A stretch of DNA of 21,008 nt from NCBI GenBank assembly GCA_004524535.1, contig SDNY01000062.1:1-21008 (forward strand), given 5' to 3'. The notes beneath the pieces were generated by a model, which saw only the letters and a program-made list of their open reading frames with translations, ran no database searches and was not told where the DNA came from. Position 1 is the stretch's first letter; the number at the start of each line of letters is the position of its first letter. The translations under genes were made by a program, and so were the position numbers. Shown here piece by piece: positions 1 to 8,605 of this stretch. This DNA comes from Promethearchaeota archaeon (GTDB lineage Archaea > Asgardarchaeota > Lokiarchaeia > Sigyniarchaeales > SOKP01).

Positions 1-1
1 A

Positions 2-553
2 GCATCAAAAGTAGGTATTTTTTTTAGTTATTCACTTGTGGTTTTAGGATTCATTCAATGGATTTTTCTTGGAGATTTTGGAGGAATGTGGCTTATTTTA
101 ATGGGATTTATTTTAAGTTCGGCAGCAAGGAGATCGTATTATCAAACTAAAAGTGAAGTAAAGTTATCTAATATCATTGTAAGAGATATTCTCGCTCAAA
201 AATTTGTGCTACCGTATGAATTGCCATTAATTGATGCAATAAAGTATTATTTTATGGCTTTTAATCAGTATTACTTCCCTGTTGTAGATGCTGGTAAATT
301 TGTAGGGATACTTCATCTGGAAGATGTTAAACAAATTCCAATTGAAAAACAAACAGAGTATATTGTGGGAGATATCGCAAAAAATCTCTCTGAATTTCCA
401 ATTGTTTTTGATGAAGAATCCGGAAAAGATGTAATGAAAATACTAACGCAAATGGATAAAAAGCCTAATATAGCAGTTGTTAAGGAAAGATATGATCAAA
501 ATATAATAGGTTTTATTGACACGACCGAATTAATCAATGCCTTAAAATTTTAA
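2..553 (+). CDS. Site-2 protease (peptidase M50) family protein with C-terminal CBS pair, 5'-truncated by window edge
   Basis: Frame is open from nt 2. Last TM helices (GGMWLILMGFILSSAARRSY) are followed by CBS-like repeats (VRDIL...FPVVDAGKFVGILHLEDV...VGDIA...IIGFIDTTELI), the usual M50+CBS layout. The HExxH motif is outside the window. Confidence 0.75.
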   Translation, partial: ASKVGIFFSYSLVVLGFIQWIFLGDFGGMWLILMGFILSSAARRSYYQTKSEVKLSNIIVRDILAQKFVLPYELPLIDAIKYYFMAFNQYYFPVVDAGKFVGILHLEDVKQIPIEKQTEYIVGDIAKNLSEFPIVFDEESGKDVMKILTQMDKKPNIAVVKERYDQNIIGFIDTTELINALKF

Positions 554-589
554 GTCTCTTAATATTTATTGAATTTGATTCATTCCTAA

Positions 590-1885
590 TTATTTCTCTA
601 TTTTTAACGTTTCTTCTACTCTTTTGAAAAGAAAAATTGAGAGGATTAAAAATATGGGCGCAACGACAAAAACCCACGGAAGTCCGTAAATCGTAGCAAC
701 TATACCACCCACCGTTGCACCAATTATCTGAGAGACAGTATTTACCACGTTTAAGATCCCCATGAATTTACCTCTTTTTTCTTCTGGAAAAAGATCCTGT
801 GACCATGAATTAAGAGGTATTTCAAGCCCCAAAAGCCCCATTAATACTAAAGGCGTTGCTATGAGCAATATAATAAATTTATTTTCAGGATTTAAGAATG
901 CTACTGGGGTTAGGAGAAATCCTATAAGTGCAATTAAAATACCAGGAATGAGTGAAGTTTTTCTCCCAAATTTATCAGCAATTTTTCCAAGAAGTATCAT
1001 AACTATAACTACTGTCGGAAGAGATACTAAAATAATTAATAAAAACTCCATTGTAGTGAGTGCTAAAAAGAAAAAATAATTGAATAAAAATGGTAAAACT
1101 ACATAGATATGAGCTCTAAAGATGATTAGGGCAACTAATATTCGATAAAATTGCTTATTTTGTTTAAATTCCTCCAAATTGAACATTTCTTTTAGTTCAA
1201 CAATGAACGCTTTTTTTGGAGGTAATTCAGATGGAGAGGGCTCACTTAGAAAAAGAAGTCCGATCGTAGCGCAAATCATAACTGCTCCTCCACCTATAAT
1301 AAATAAAAATAGATGACCTTCCCTCGTCAAAATATTTCCAGTACCTCGTTTTACTGTGTAGAATTCATTAGCAACAAGTGTCATTGAAATTGCAAATAAT
1401 AAAGCAATGAATGATATTACTCCAACAATCCCATTTGCCCTTCCTCGTTTTTTAAGTTCAACTAAATCTGGAATCAATAAACGACCAGCTAAATGATATG
1501 CGTTAGAGGCAATTCCTATAATTATTACGTCAATGATAATACACATTAAAAAATTTTCAGCATAAGCAAACGTAATCATTCCAATCCCCATTATGAATCC
1601 AAAAAATATATAAGGTTTTCGTCTACCAAGTTTTGATCTCGTATTATCACTCTTAATTCCCCAAATTATCATCATAATTAGACCCATTAAGGCAGAAAGC
1701 GAAACCATTATGGAGATGTAATAATATGGTAAATTTAGAATATGATCAAGATATGTGTTGAAAAAGGCTGATTCAAAATAACCAAAGATCAGAGAGCCAG
1801 CTACTAAAAATCCTGTTATTATAGCAATTTTCTTAACTTCTTTAGGTAATTTTTCTTTTGTTTCTTTGTTATCAATTTCTTCCAT
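590..1885 (-). CDS. MFS transporter, GPH/sugar:cation symporter-like
   Basis: About 12 hydrophobic segments; motif A variants GIKSDNTRSKLGRRKPY and GKIADKFGRK. Confidence 0.9.
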   Translation of the reverse strand: MEEIDNKETKEKLPKEVKKIAIITGFLVAGSLIFGYFESAFFNTYLDHILNLPYYYISIMVSLSALMGLIMMIIWGIKSDNTRSKLGRRKPYIFFGFIMGIGMITFAYAENFLMCIIIDVIIIGIASNAYHLAGRLLIPDLVELKKRGRANGIVGVISFIALLFAISMTLVANEFYTVKRGTGNILTREGHLFLFIIGGGAVMICATIGLLFLSEPSPSELPPKKAFIVELKEMFNLEEFKQNKQFYRILVALIIFRAHIYVVLPFLFNYFFFLALTTMEFLLIILVSLPTVVIVMILLGKIADKFGRKTSLIPGILIALIGFLLTPVAFLNPENKFIILLIATPLVLMGLLGLEIPLNSWSQDLFPEEKRGKFMGILNVVNTVSQIIGATVGGIVATIYGLPWVFVVAPIFLILSIFLFKRVEETLKIEK

Positions 1886-1969
1886 CTTAGTAGAGCATAT
1901 TTTATTGAATTTTAATTTAAAAATTACTTATTTATATTCAATTTGTTAAATATATTATAATTAAAAATA

Positions 1970-3145
1970 TTGGTTTTTTCACAGATGGAATTTTCACAGC
2001 CATTTCAGTTAACTCCCTCAAACGCCCATCATTTTTTTGGTTATTATTCAATATGTCCATGGAGCAAAAATCAAAGATATTATGTATGTTTAGAAACAGA
2101 GTTCCATCATAGAATGCCTAAAAAAGGAGAAAAAGCAAAAATACTTCTACTGGACTTAAAAGAAGATACCGTGAACATTCTTTTTGAAACAGAAGCTTGG
2201 AACTTCCAACAAGGCTCTATGCTAAATTGGCTTCCCTCCTCACCAAATACACATATAATTTTTAACGATCTTAAAGGAGATATCCCTATATCTCGTATAA
2301 TAGACATTAGAGATAAATCTATTAAGTCTCTTCCATGCGCAATTAGTGCTGTTGCTCATAATCGCGATCTTGCACTTTGTCTCAACTATTCTAGATTACG
2401 TCGCAACAGAAAGGTTGTTTCATATCCTAGCAGCAGAAATCATCTAAAGGGACACCATCCAGATAATGATGGGATTTTTTTAATGGATTTAAAAACTGGA
2501 GAAAAGCACCTTATTATAAGTTTAGGTCAAATATGGAATTCAAATCCTAAGACTAAAACGATTCCAAAAGAAGATATCGGAAAAAAAATAAGTAAAGAAT
2601 TTTGGTTTAATCATGTTGAATTAAATCCTAGTGATGAGAGATTCTTTTTTTTAGCACGCTATTCCAATCGCATTGGACAATTAGTAACGAGCATGTGGAC
2701 AATAAATATCGATGGGACTGATCCTTATTTGCTTGTAGATTTTGGCAAACAGCTTTCACATTTTGGATGGTTGAATGATACTAACCTAATTATAACAATG
2801 AAGCAGCTAAAAAGGATTGATAAAAGTCATGTGATATTAGAAGATAAGAAAGGTAATCCAAAAGTTTTAGCACCAAAAAAGTTGATCAGGGATGGTCATC
2901 CTGCTATAAATCCTAAAGGGAATTTGTTGGCAACCGATTGCTATCCAATAAAAGGAAAAAGATATGTCTATATCGTAAATATGAAATCAGAGGAAATATT
3001 TACGGTTGCTTCATTTCGGAATCCTCCGAATATCAATGGGAATATTCGATGCGATCCTCACCCCCGTTGGAATAGGGAGGGAACACAGCTTTCTTTCGAT
3101 GGTCTTGGGCCAAATGGAAGACAAGTATATGTAATTAATTTTTAA
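1970..3145 (+). CDS. TolB/oligogalacturonate-lyase-like beta-propeller protein
   Basis: Motifs HHFFGYY, WNFQQG, FNH, DGHP and RCDPHPRW. Start is TTG 1970 or ATG 1985. Divergent from the MFS gene. Confidence 0.65.
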   Translation: MVFSQMEFSQPFQLTPSNAHHFFGYYSICPWSKNQRYYVCLETEFHHRMPKKGEKAKILLLDLKEDTVNILFETEAWNFQQGSMLNWLPSSPNTHIIFNDLKGDIPISRIIDIRDKSIKSLPCAISAVAHNRDLALCLNYSRLRRNRKVVSYPSSRNHLKGHHPDNDGIFLMDLKTGEKHLIISLGQIWNSNPKTKTIPKEDIGKKISKEFWFNHVELNPSDERFFFLARYSNRIGQLVTSMWTINIDGTDPYLLVDFGKQLSHFGWLNDTNLIITMKQLKRIDKSHVILEDKKGNPKVLAPKKLIRDGHPAINPKGNLLATDCYPIKGKRYVYIVNMKSEEIFTVASFRNPPNINGNIRCDPHPRWNREGTQLSFDGLGPNGRQVYVINF

Positions 3146-3672
3146 TCATTTAGGTAAAAAACCAGCTCTTCTATGCATACATCTTTCTTTTCGTCGTTTT
3201 CTAAAAAATTTATATCGACTTTTTTAATTTTTGTCAAATCTGTGAAGGCGGTCTCAAAATAACCTTTATTGATTCTACAAAATGCCTTTCCATACTTTAA
3301 TCTTTCGCGATCTTTAATAGGTTCGCGGAGGAAACATCGGTTTTCTATAATCAGTCGAATTTTGTCCTTGCTTATTTCAACGTCTTTTATTTGTACAGAA
3401 TAAAAATCCTTTAATTCCTCCAAGAGGATTTGAAATGCTTCTTCTAATTCGAATACATCTTTTTTATATTTTTCTTTTATTCTTTTTGTAATAATTTCTG
3501 ACGTTCCCTTCCCAATCTGGTAAAGCATTGAAAGTAAAGCGTTTCTTCCGAAGAGATCGTAGATTTTATATACTAAATTTTCAGAAATGATTTCAAAACC
3601 TTTAAGTGAGGCAAACTCCTTTGTTGGATTACTTATTTTCTTATTTATTTCATCAATATTTATATCTACCAA
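3142..3672 (-). CDS. V4R / methanogen-output-domain-like small-ligand-binding protein
   Basis: LYQIGK helix and Cys pattern RCFLRE...FCRINKGYFE...VC; TTG start after a purine-rich RBS-like stretch. Confidence 0.65.
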   Translation of the reverse strand: MVDINIDEINKKISNPTKEFASLKGFEIISENLVYKIYDLFGRNALLSMLYQIGKGTSEIITKRIKEKYKKDVFELEEAFQILLEELKDFYSVQIKDVEISKDKIRLIIENRCFLREPIKDRERLKYGKAFCRINKGYFETAFTDLTKIKKVDINFLENDEKKDVCIEELVFYLND

Positions 3673-3797
3673 AATATATCCCCAAATTTTAGCAATATAA
3701 TTATTCTTATTTAACTAATTAAAAAAGGATTTTGTTAACAACTTAATTCATATGAAAAAGAATTGAAAAATAAAATCAATTAATTTTATATATAAAA

Positions 3798-4346
3798 CTA
3801 AGCTACTAAGCCATCAAGAACATTCTCAAAATCTTTATATTCAGGTAAATCTTTAAGATAAATTCCAATTTTTTTCAAGTTCTTGTTTTTTTCTAATAAA
3901 TATTTTTTCATCGTTGGAAGCATTACTTCGGCGCATATTTTTGTATTGAATCCAAGATTTTCAATTGAAATTGGATTAAATGCCAAGGACCTTAAACCTG
4001 CCTCATCTCCAATTTTTAAAGAATTCCACGTTGCAAACATTAATTGTTTTGCTACAACATTTGATTCCCCAAATCTAGGGCCCACAACATGAATAATGTG
4101 TTTTGCTTTCAGATTCCCAGCAGAAGTCATTACAGCGTCACCTACAGGGATTTTAACAATATCAAGTATTATTTTATTACACTCAATTTGTACTTTTGAT
4201 CCAGCCCTTCTTAGGATCTTGCATCTTGTCGTTCCACTCGGAAGTAAGCGACTATTTGAAGGAACTACAATAGCATCTAATTCTGTATCAATGATTTCAT
4301 TAATGATTAACTCTAAATCAGTATTACCAAGAACAATCTTATTCAT
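3798..4346 (-). CDS. Macro domain (Appr-1-p processing family) protein with degenerate binding motifs
   Basis: DAIVVPSNSRL, GDAVMTSAGNLKAKHIIHVVGP and SLAF motifs. Confidence 0.85.
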   Translation of the reverse strand: MNKIVLGNTDLELIINEIIDTELDAIVVPSNSRLLPSGTTRCKILRRAGSKVQIECNKIILDIVKIPVGDAVMTSAGNLKAKHIIHVVGPRFGESNVVAKQLMFATWNSLKIGDEAGLRSLAFNPISIENLGFNTKICAEVMLPTMKKYLLEKNKNLKKIGIYLKDLPEYKDFENVLDGLVA

Positions 4347-4372
4347 TAGAAATGTAATCTAAGAAGTGATAT

Positions 4373-4855
4373 TTATATTTTTTTTTTATTACTCTCAATA
4401 ATTTTTTTGACTAATTTTTCAATATTTTTATCGAGTTCTTTCATAACTCTCATATACGTTTCTTTATTCGTATAATATGGATCCATAATATCTCCTTTAC
4501 CTCCATTAAACTCTTTCAGTGTAAAAGCCTTAGAATCTATTTCTTCAATATCATAAAAATTGCTTTTTATTTGCTCTATATGGTACCTCTCCATAGTAAT
4601 AATTAGATCATTTTTTTGTAATAATTTTTTATTTATTGTCTTTGGACTGAAATCTGAATGATCTATTCCTTTTGAACTTAAATATTCTCGAGATTCGGGC
4701 TGCATATAGCTAAATGCATTAAAAAAGCCACAAGAATCAAACCTTAAATCAGCATTATATTTTTTTGCATAATATTTTCCAAGATATTCTCCAGCAGGGC
4801 TTCTGGCAGTGTTTCCGCTACAAACTATAAGGATTCGTCGGATTTTTGCATTCAA
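4373..4855 (-). CDS. Low-molecular-weight protein phosphatase (LMW-PTP/ArsC/YwlE fold), copy 2
   Basis: P-loop CSGNTARS, DLIITM and general-acid DPYY. Confidence 0.88.
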   Translation of the reverse strand: MNAKIRRILIVCSGNTARSPAGEYLGKYYAKKYNADLRFDSCGFFNAFSYMQPESREYLSSKGIDHSDFSPKTINKKLLQKNDLIITMERYHIEQIKSNFYDIEEIDSKAFTLKEFNGGKGDIMDPYYTNKETYMRVMKELDKNIEKLVKKIIESNKKKI

Positions 4856-4873
4856 ATTAAATTATCATCATCC

Positions 4874-5374
4874 TTATGATTTTTTATTGATTTCAATTAT
4901 TTTAAGTAAGGCTTTTGTTACCCCCTCTTCAACTCTTTCTAATGTTCTTTTATATTCATCAGGTTCAAAATTAATGGGATCAGGTATTTCTATATTATCT
5001 TTGCTGATCTCAGCAAAATCTAATAATAAGAAAGTTTTATTCTCCAATTCTTTAAGATTCTTAAATCTTCTTTTAAGTTTTCTTATATGCCACTTTTCTT
5101 CAAATCCTAAAATTAAATCCTGTTTTGTAATTAAGTCAGCAGTGATTTGTTTTCCTTCAAAATCACCGAAATCAATATTTTTAGATTTAAGATAATTAGC
5201 AGTTCCTTCTCGTGGAGTTTTATAATAACTATAGAGCCCGGCGGAGTCAAAAATTACATCTTTTAATTCAGCTTTATATTTTGTTTCTTTTAGCCATTTT
5301 GCGATATACTCAGCAGCAGGACTCCTTGAAGTGTTTCCGCTACACAAAAAGAGAACATTTTTTATCTTTCTCAT
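4874..5374 (-). CDS. Low-molecular-weight protein phosphatase (LMW-PTP/ArsC/YwlE fold), copy 1
   Basis: P-loop CSGNTSRS, DSAG, DLIL and EIPDP. Confidence 0.88.
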   Translation of the reverse strand: MRKIKNVLFLCSGNTSRSPAAEYIAKWLKETKYKAELKDVIFDSAGLYSYYKTPREGTANYLKSKNIDFGDFEGKQITADLITKQDLILGFEEKWHIRKLKRRFKNLKELENKTFLLLDFAEISKDNIEIPDPINFEPDEYKRTLERVEEGVTKALLKIIEINKKS

Positions 5375-5401
5375 ACCTATCTATTGGAAAAATATATTAA
5401 T

Positions 5402-5779
5402 TTAATTTAGTAAAAATTCATTAATAACTGAAGTTATTGCTTGAAAATCCATAAGTATTTCGGGTTCACCGTCAAAAGCAACATCGCCAGCTTCATGGGC
5501 GCTGGAGATTTCAACCTCTCCAAATATTATTCCTTTAAAAGTAGCTAAGTTGGTTGTAAAGGTTAATGTTGGATTATTAATCTCGCCTTCTCCATAGTCT
5601 ATTTTTCCTTCCTTGAATTTTAGCCATAATTTTGCATTAGCATCAGAAAGAATTATTTGCCCTAAGAAATCCATATCCAACATTGCCATATCTTCGAATT
5701 CTTCTTTCAATCCCTCATTTTCTAAAGAAGCTTTTTTATAAACATCTAATTTAGATTTAATTTCGTCTAATATTCCCAT
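5402..5779 (-). CDS. SCP2 sterol/lipid-binding domain protein
   Basis: GEGEINNPTLTF...FKGIIFGEVEISSAHEAGDVAFDGE fits the SCP2 pattern. ATG 5779 preferred over TTG 5788. Confidence 0.8.
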   Translation of the reverse strand: MGILDEIKSKLDVYKKASLENEGLKEEFEDMAMLDMDFLGQIILSDANAKLWLKFKEGKIDYGEGEINNPTLTFTTNLATFKGIIFGEVEISSAHEAGDVAFDGEPEILMDFQAITSVINEFLLN

Positions 5780-5865
5780 TAATTTCAACTTTTTTTATAT
5801 TTACATTATTATAAAAGTTGAATCGTTAAAAATTTTGATGAGGATGATTAATCATGGCAAAAGAC

Positions 5866-5887
5866 AAAAAAAATTAAAAAAAAAAAA
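5866..5887 (-). terminator. Oligo-T archaeal terminator of the sulfur-relay operon
   Basis: T12 and T8 tracts on the minus strand just after the stop at 5911. Confidence 0.5.
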
Positions 5888-5910
5888 GATTGTAAAAATT
5901 ATTTAAATTT

Positions 5911-6210
5911 CTACATATTTATTATGGTTTCACATTCAAAAATTAAATCAATTATCTCAGAATTATCAACTAATTTAATTTTATCTGAAATGAAGTTGGA
6001 TAACCCACGTGTATCTATATGCTCTTTGCACGCTGAGATTTTCTTGTTTTGATTAAGCGCTTGTGTTACTGCTTTGTTGGATTTATTAGCGAAATAGACA
6101 GCATTTTGAAGTAATAGAATTGTTACATCGTCGTCATCTGAGTGTTCCATTGCGAGTTCTATACCTGTGATATCCTCACTTGTAATAAAATATAATACTT
6201 TTTTTCCCAT
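5911..6210 (-). CDS. DsrH/TusB-family sulfur relay protein
   Basis: ILLLQNAVYFA and HIDTRGL motifs, about 99 aa. ATG 6210 follows a GGAGGA RBS. Confidence 0.75.
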   Translation of the reverse strand: MGKKVLYFITSEDITGIELAMEHSDDDDVTILLLQNAVYFANKSNKAVTQALNQNKKISACKEHIDTRGLSNFISDKIKLVDNSEIIDLIFECETIINM

Positions 6211-6224
6211 CTTTTTCAATCCTC

Positions 6225-6569
6225 CTAAAATGGTATGGTTACAGTTGAATTCGCAATTATATCTAATATTTCTTGATGTTCTTTTATTTCAACATCATCT
6301 ATTAAATCGTCCTTAGTAAGACCGCGGTCATCAAGAGATTTTTTATCAATCAGAATATCTAAATCTATGTTTCTAATAAATTCTATGTGCATGGAGTACA
6401 TGGTTTTATCTACGTCTTTGATAAATGCAAATACAGCATCATTAATGACGACAGTTATAGGGTCAAAATCAGCACTTACGGCAACTGTCATTCTTAATCC
6501 TTCAACAGGATAAAGTGTTCCGTGAGGAGGTTGCCGCAAAAGGATAACTATATTTTTTTCTTCGGACAT
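6225..6569 (-). CDS. DsrF/TusC-like (DsrE superfamily) protein
   Basis: ILLRQPPHGT..EGLR, DAVF and SLDDRGL motifs; no Cys; AGGTGA RBS. Confidence 0.8.
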   Translation of the reverse strand: MSEEKNIVILLRQPPHGTLYPVEGLRMTVAVSADFDPITVVINDAVFAFIKDVDKTMYSMHIEFIRNIDLDILIDKKSLDDRGLTKDDLIDDVEIKEHQEILDIIANSTVTIPF

Positions 6570-6581
6570 TTTGCATCACCT

Positions 6582-6944
6582 TTAACAAATTACTATTAAT
6601 CTATCTGTTTCTTCAATAATTTTCGCAAGATCAGGTGTTCCAGCTCGTTTTACATCGCCGCATTCTCTTTTTAAACAATTTTTCATTGTTCCTCTTACTA
6701 AGAGGCATAAATTGCATAATCTTACGACTGCTCCTTTTGTGAGTATCTCTCTAAATCCTTCCTCGATATTGAAGATGCCTTCAATTTTCTTTTGGTTATC
6801 CAAAAGTGCATTGACCGCATCCATATAGCAAAAAATACGAACTTCATGTCCTTTATCTAATGCTGCGTTTGATAGCTTAACAACCGTCTCAGAAGCTTGT
6901 TTCTGATAAGGTCCGTCAAAAAAGAGTATCCCTAATCGAGCCAT
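6582..6944 (-). CDS. DsrE/TusD-family sulfurtransferase
   Basis: GPY, AALDKGHEVRIFCYMDAV and catalytic CxxC..RG (LCNLCLLVRG). True start is ATG 6944 (MARLG) after GGAG; the longer ORF-track start lies inside yeeE. Confidence 0.85.
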   Translation of the reverse strand: MARLGILFFDGPYQKQASETVVKLSNAALDKGHEVRIFCYMDAVNALLDNQKKIEGIFNIEEGFREILTKGAVVRLCNLCLLVRGTMKNCLKRECGDVKRAGTPDLAKIIEETDRLIVIC

Positions 6945-6967
6945 TTGTTTATATTCAACTCCAATTC

Positions 6968-8002
6968 TTAATCTTCGTTTCTCATAAACAGTATATAGGT
7001 CATAACCCAGCAACCTAAGATGATACAAATTCCTACAACTAAACTACCTACTGAACCCATAGGAATTCCACTTAGGAAGTTTCCAACGTTACATCCTGCA
7101 GCGAGCACTGCTCCAAATCCCATAAGAAATCCACCGATGGCTTGTTTCACTAATGTCATTTTATCTTTTGGAACTCTTATTTTAAATTCTTTTGAAATGA
7201 CAGCCGCGATAAATGCTCCCACGACAATCCCTAGAACCAAAAATAAATCCCAAGATGGAACAAACAAAAGCAAGTCACCCCAGCCCTTAGTAATGCCCAT
7301 TGGGTAATTTCTTTGAGCAATATAAAAGGAAACAATCCATGCAATAGTGTTCAAAACACCAATAGCTAATCCAGCTACCCACCAAGGATAGGGTGTTTTA
7401 AACATTTTGTTTCCAATATTGCTAAAATCTAAAACAGGCTCGTTAGCTGACTTTTTCTCCTTTATAGATGGTAATAGCTCTTTAAAAGAAAGAATAGCTA
7501 TCACGATAATACCTATAATGAGCATTACAATCGGGGTAAATGCTCCAGCTATCGTAAGACTGCCCTTAGTAGTTGGATCATTTATGGGAAATAAGATTCC
7601 TGCCATTGCTGGTTTTATAAACAGGCTCGTAAGTACAACTCCAACTGCTAATGTTATCAATGCAACAAGAGAACCAATCATGCCTTCACCAACTCTATAA
7701 GTAGTTCCGCTAGCACATCCAGCTGCTAAAACCATTCCTATTCCAAAGATAAAACCTCCAAGAATACTCCCTACTATTGTAAAGGGTTTAGGCGCTGCTG
7801 TTAGAACTCCACTCAAAATCATGATTGAAAAGCCAATCATCGAGACTCCAAGTATAAGTATAACGCCTTTAAATAATTTGTATTCTTTTAATAAGATGAT
7901 ATCTCTAAATGCGGAATTCATGCAGAAACGACCACGTTGTAATATAAATCCAAAGATTATTCCTATAATCATTCCGGAAAGTATTACTAGTAGTAACGCC
8001 AT
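6968..8002 (-). CDS. yeeE: YeeE/YedE (TsuA-like) thiosulfate/sulfur-compound transporter
   Basis: Three conserved Cys motifs, GRFCM, LAAGCASG and LAAGCNVG; multi-TM; GAGGTGA RBS. Confidence 0.92.
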   Translation of the reverse strand: MALLLVILSGMIIGIIFGFILQRGRFCMNSAFRDIILLKEYKLFKGVILILGVSMIGFSIMILSGVLTAAPKPFTIVGSILGGFIFGIGMVLAAGCASGTTYRVGEGMIGSLVALITLAVGVVLTSLFIKPAMAGILFPINDPTTKGSLTIAGAFTPIVMLIIGIIVIAILSFKELLPSIKEKKSANEPVLDFSNIGNKMFKTPYPWWVAGLAIGVLNTIAWIVSFYIAQRNYPMGITKGWGDLLLFVPSWDLFLVLGIVVGAFIAAVISKEFKIRVPKDKMTLVKQAIGGFLMGFGAVLAAGCNVGNFLSGIPMGSVGSLVVGICIILGCWVMTYILFMRNED

Positions 8003-8011
8003 TTTTTCACC

Positions 8012-8245
8012 TCATTTCACTTTAACCAGGATGACCCATGCAGCTGTTCCCTCTTTTTCTGTTGAAATTACCTCGTGACCTAAAGATTTCATTGTTTCTG
8101 GAATTCTTTCAGCCGAAAGAGGATAATCAACTATTATCTTAAGAATCTCTCCTGATTTCATCTTTTTAATTTTTCTTTTACTTTTTACATCTGGATAAGG
8201 ACAAACATCGCCCGAACAATCCAGTGTTTCTGTTATATCGACCAT
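8012..8245 (-). CDS. tusA: TusA/YeeD-family sulfur carrier
   Basis: LDCSGDVCPYP (CPxP motif), GEILKIIVD, 77 aa. Confidence 0.92.
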   Translation of the reverse strand: MVDITETLDCSGDVCPYPDVKSKRKIKKMKSGEILKIIVDYPLSAERIPETMKSLGHEVISTEKEGTAAWVILVKVK

Positions 8246-8267
8246 TTTTCTTATACCAATTTTTTTT

Positions 8268-8357
8268 TTGAATCAATATTCAAATAAGAATTTGAATAAT
8301 TTTGGTTATATTTTACTCTTTATAAAATTAATTAATATATATCGAATATTTATTCAA
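8268..8357. promoter_or_regulatory. Candidate operator palindromes upstream of tusA
   Basis: TTGAAT-N4-ATTCAA at 8268-8283, TCGAAT-N4-ATTCAA at 8342-8357, and a 9-4-9 inverted repeat TATTCAAAT/ATTTGAATA at 8277-8298. Confidence 0.4.
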
Positions 8358-8426
8358 AATGGATACGCACCTTTAATGAAAATATTATTTCTTGAATATC
8401 TTTAGCATATTATTACAATAAACATA

Positions 8427-8450
8427 TATTATGGATAATTATTCATAATA
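8427..8450. promoter_or_regulatory. 24-bp near-perfect palindrome in the tusA/nadB divergent spacer
   Basis: TATTATGGATAATTATTCATAATA, one mismatched pair. Confidence 0.35.
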
Positions 8451-8605
8451 ATTCACGTAAGCTCATTTTTACATTTTTTTCAAATATTTTCAATATTGCC
8501 CATGGATAATATAACATTCAAAAATATAATGAAGTTATTATGGAAAAATAAAAAAAAACAAATATGATTAATTCTATTAAAGTTTAAATTAGCATTTTTT
8601 GATTA

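Noticed and set aside
5840-5877. RBS-like GAGGATGA followed by a 7-codon ORF (MAKDKKN)
   Set aside because: Too short to support, and it overlaps the minus-strand T-tract terminator.
5911-8245. Selenoprotein recoding in the sulfur-relay genes
   Set aside because: Catalytic positions are Cys and there is no in-frame TGA truncating a domain.
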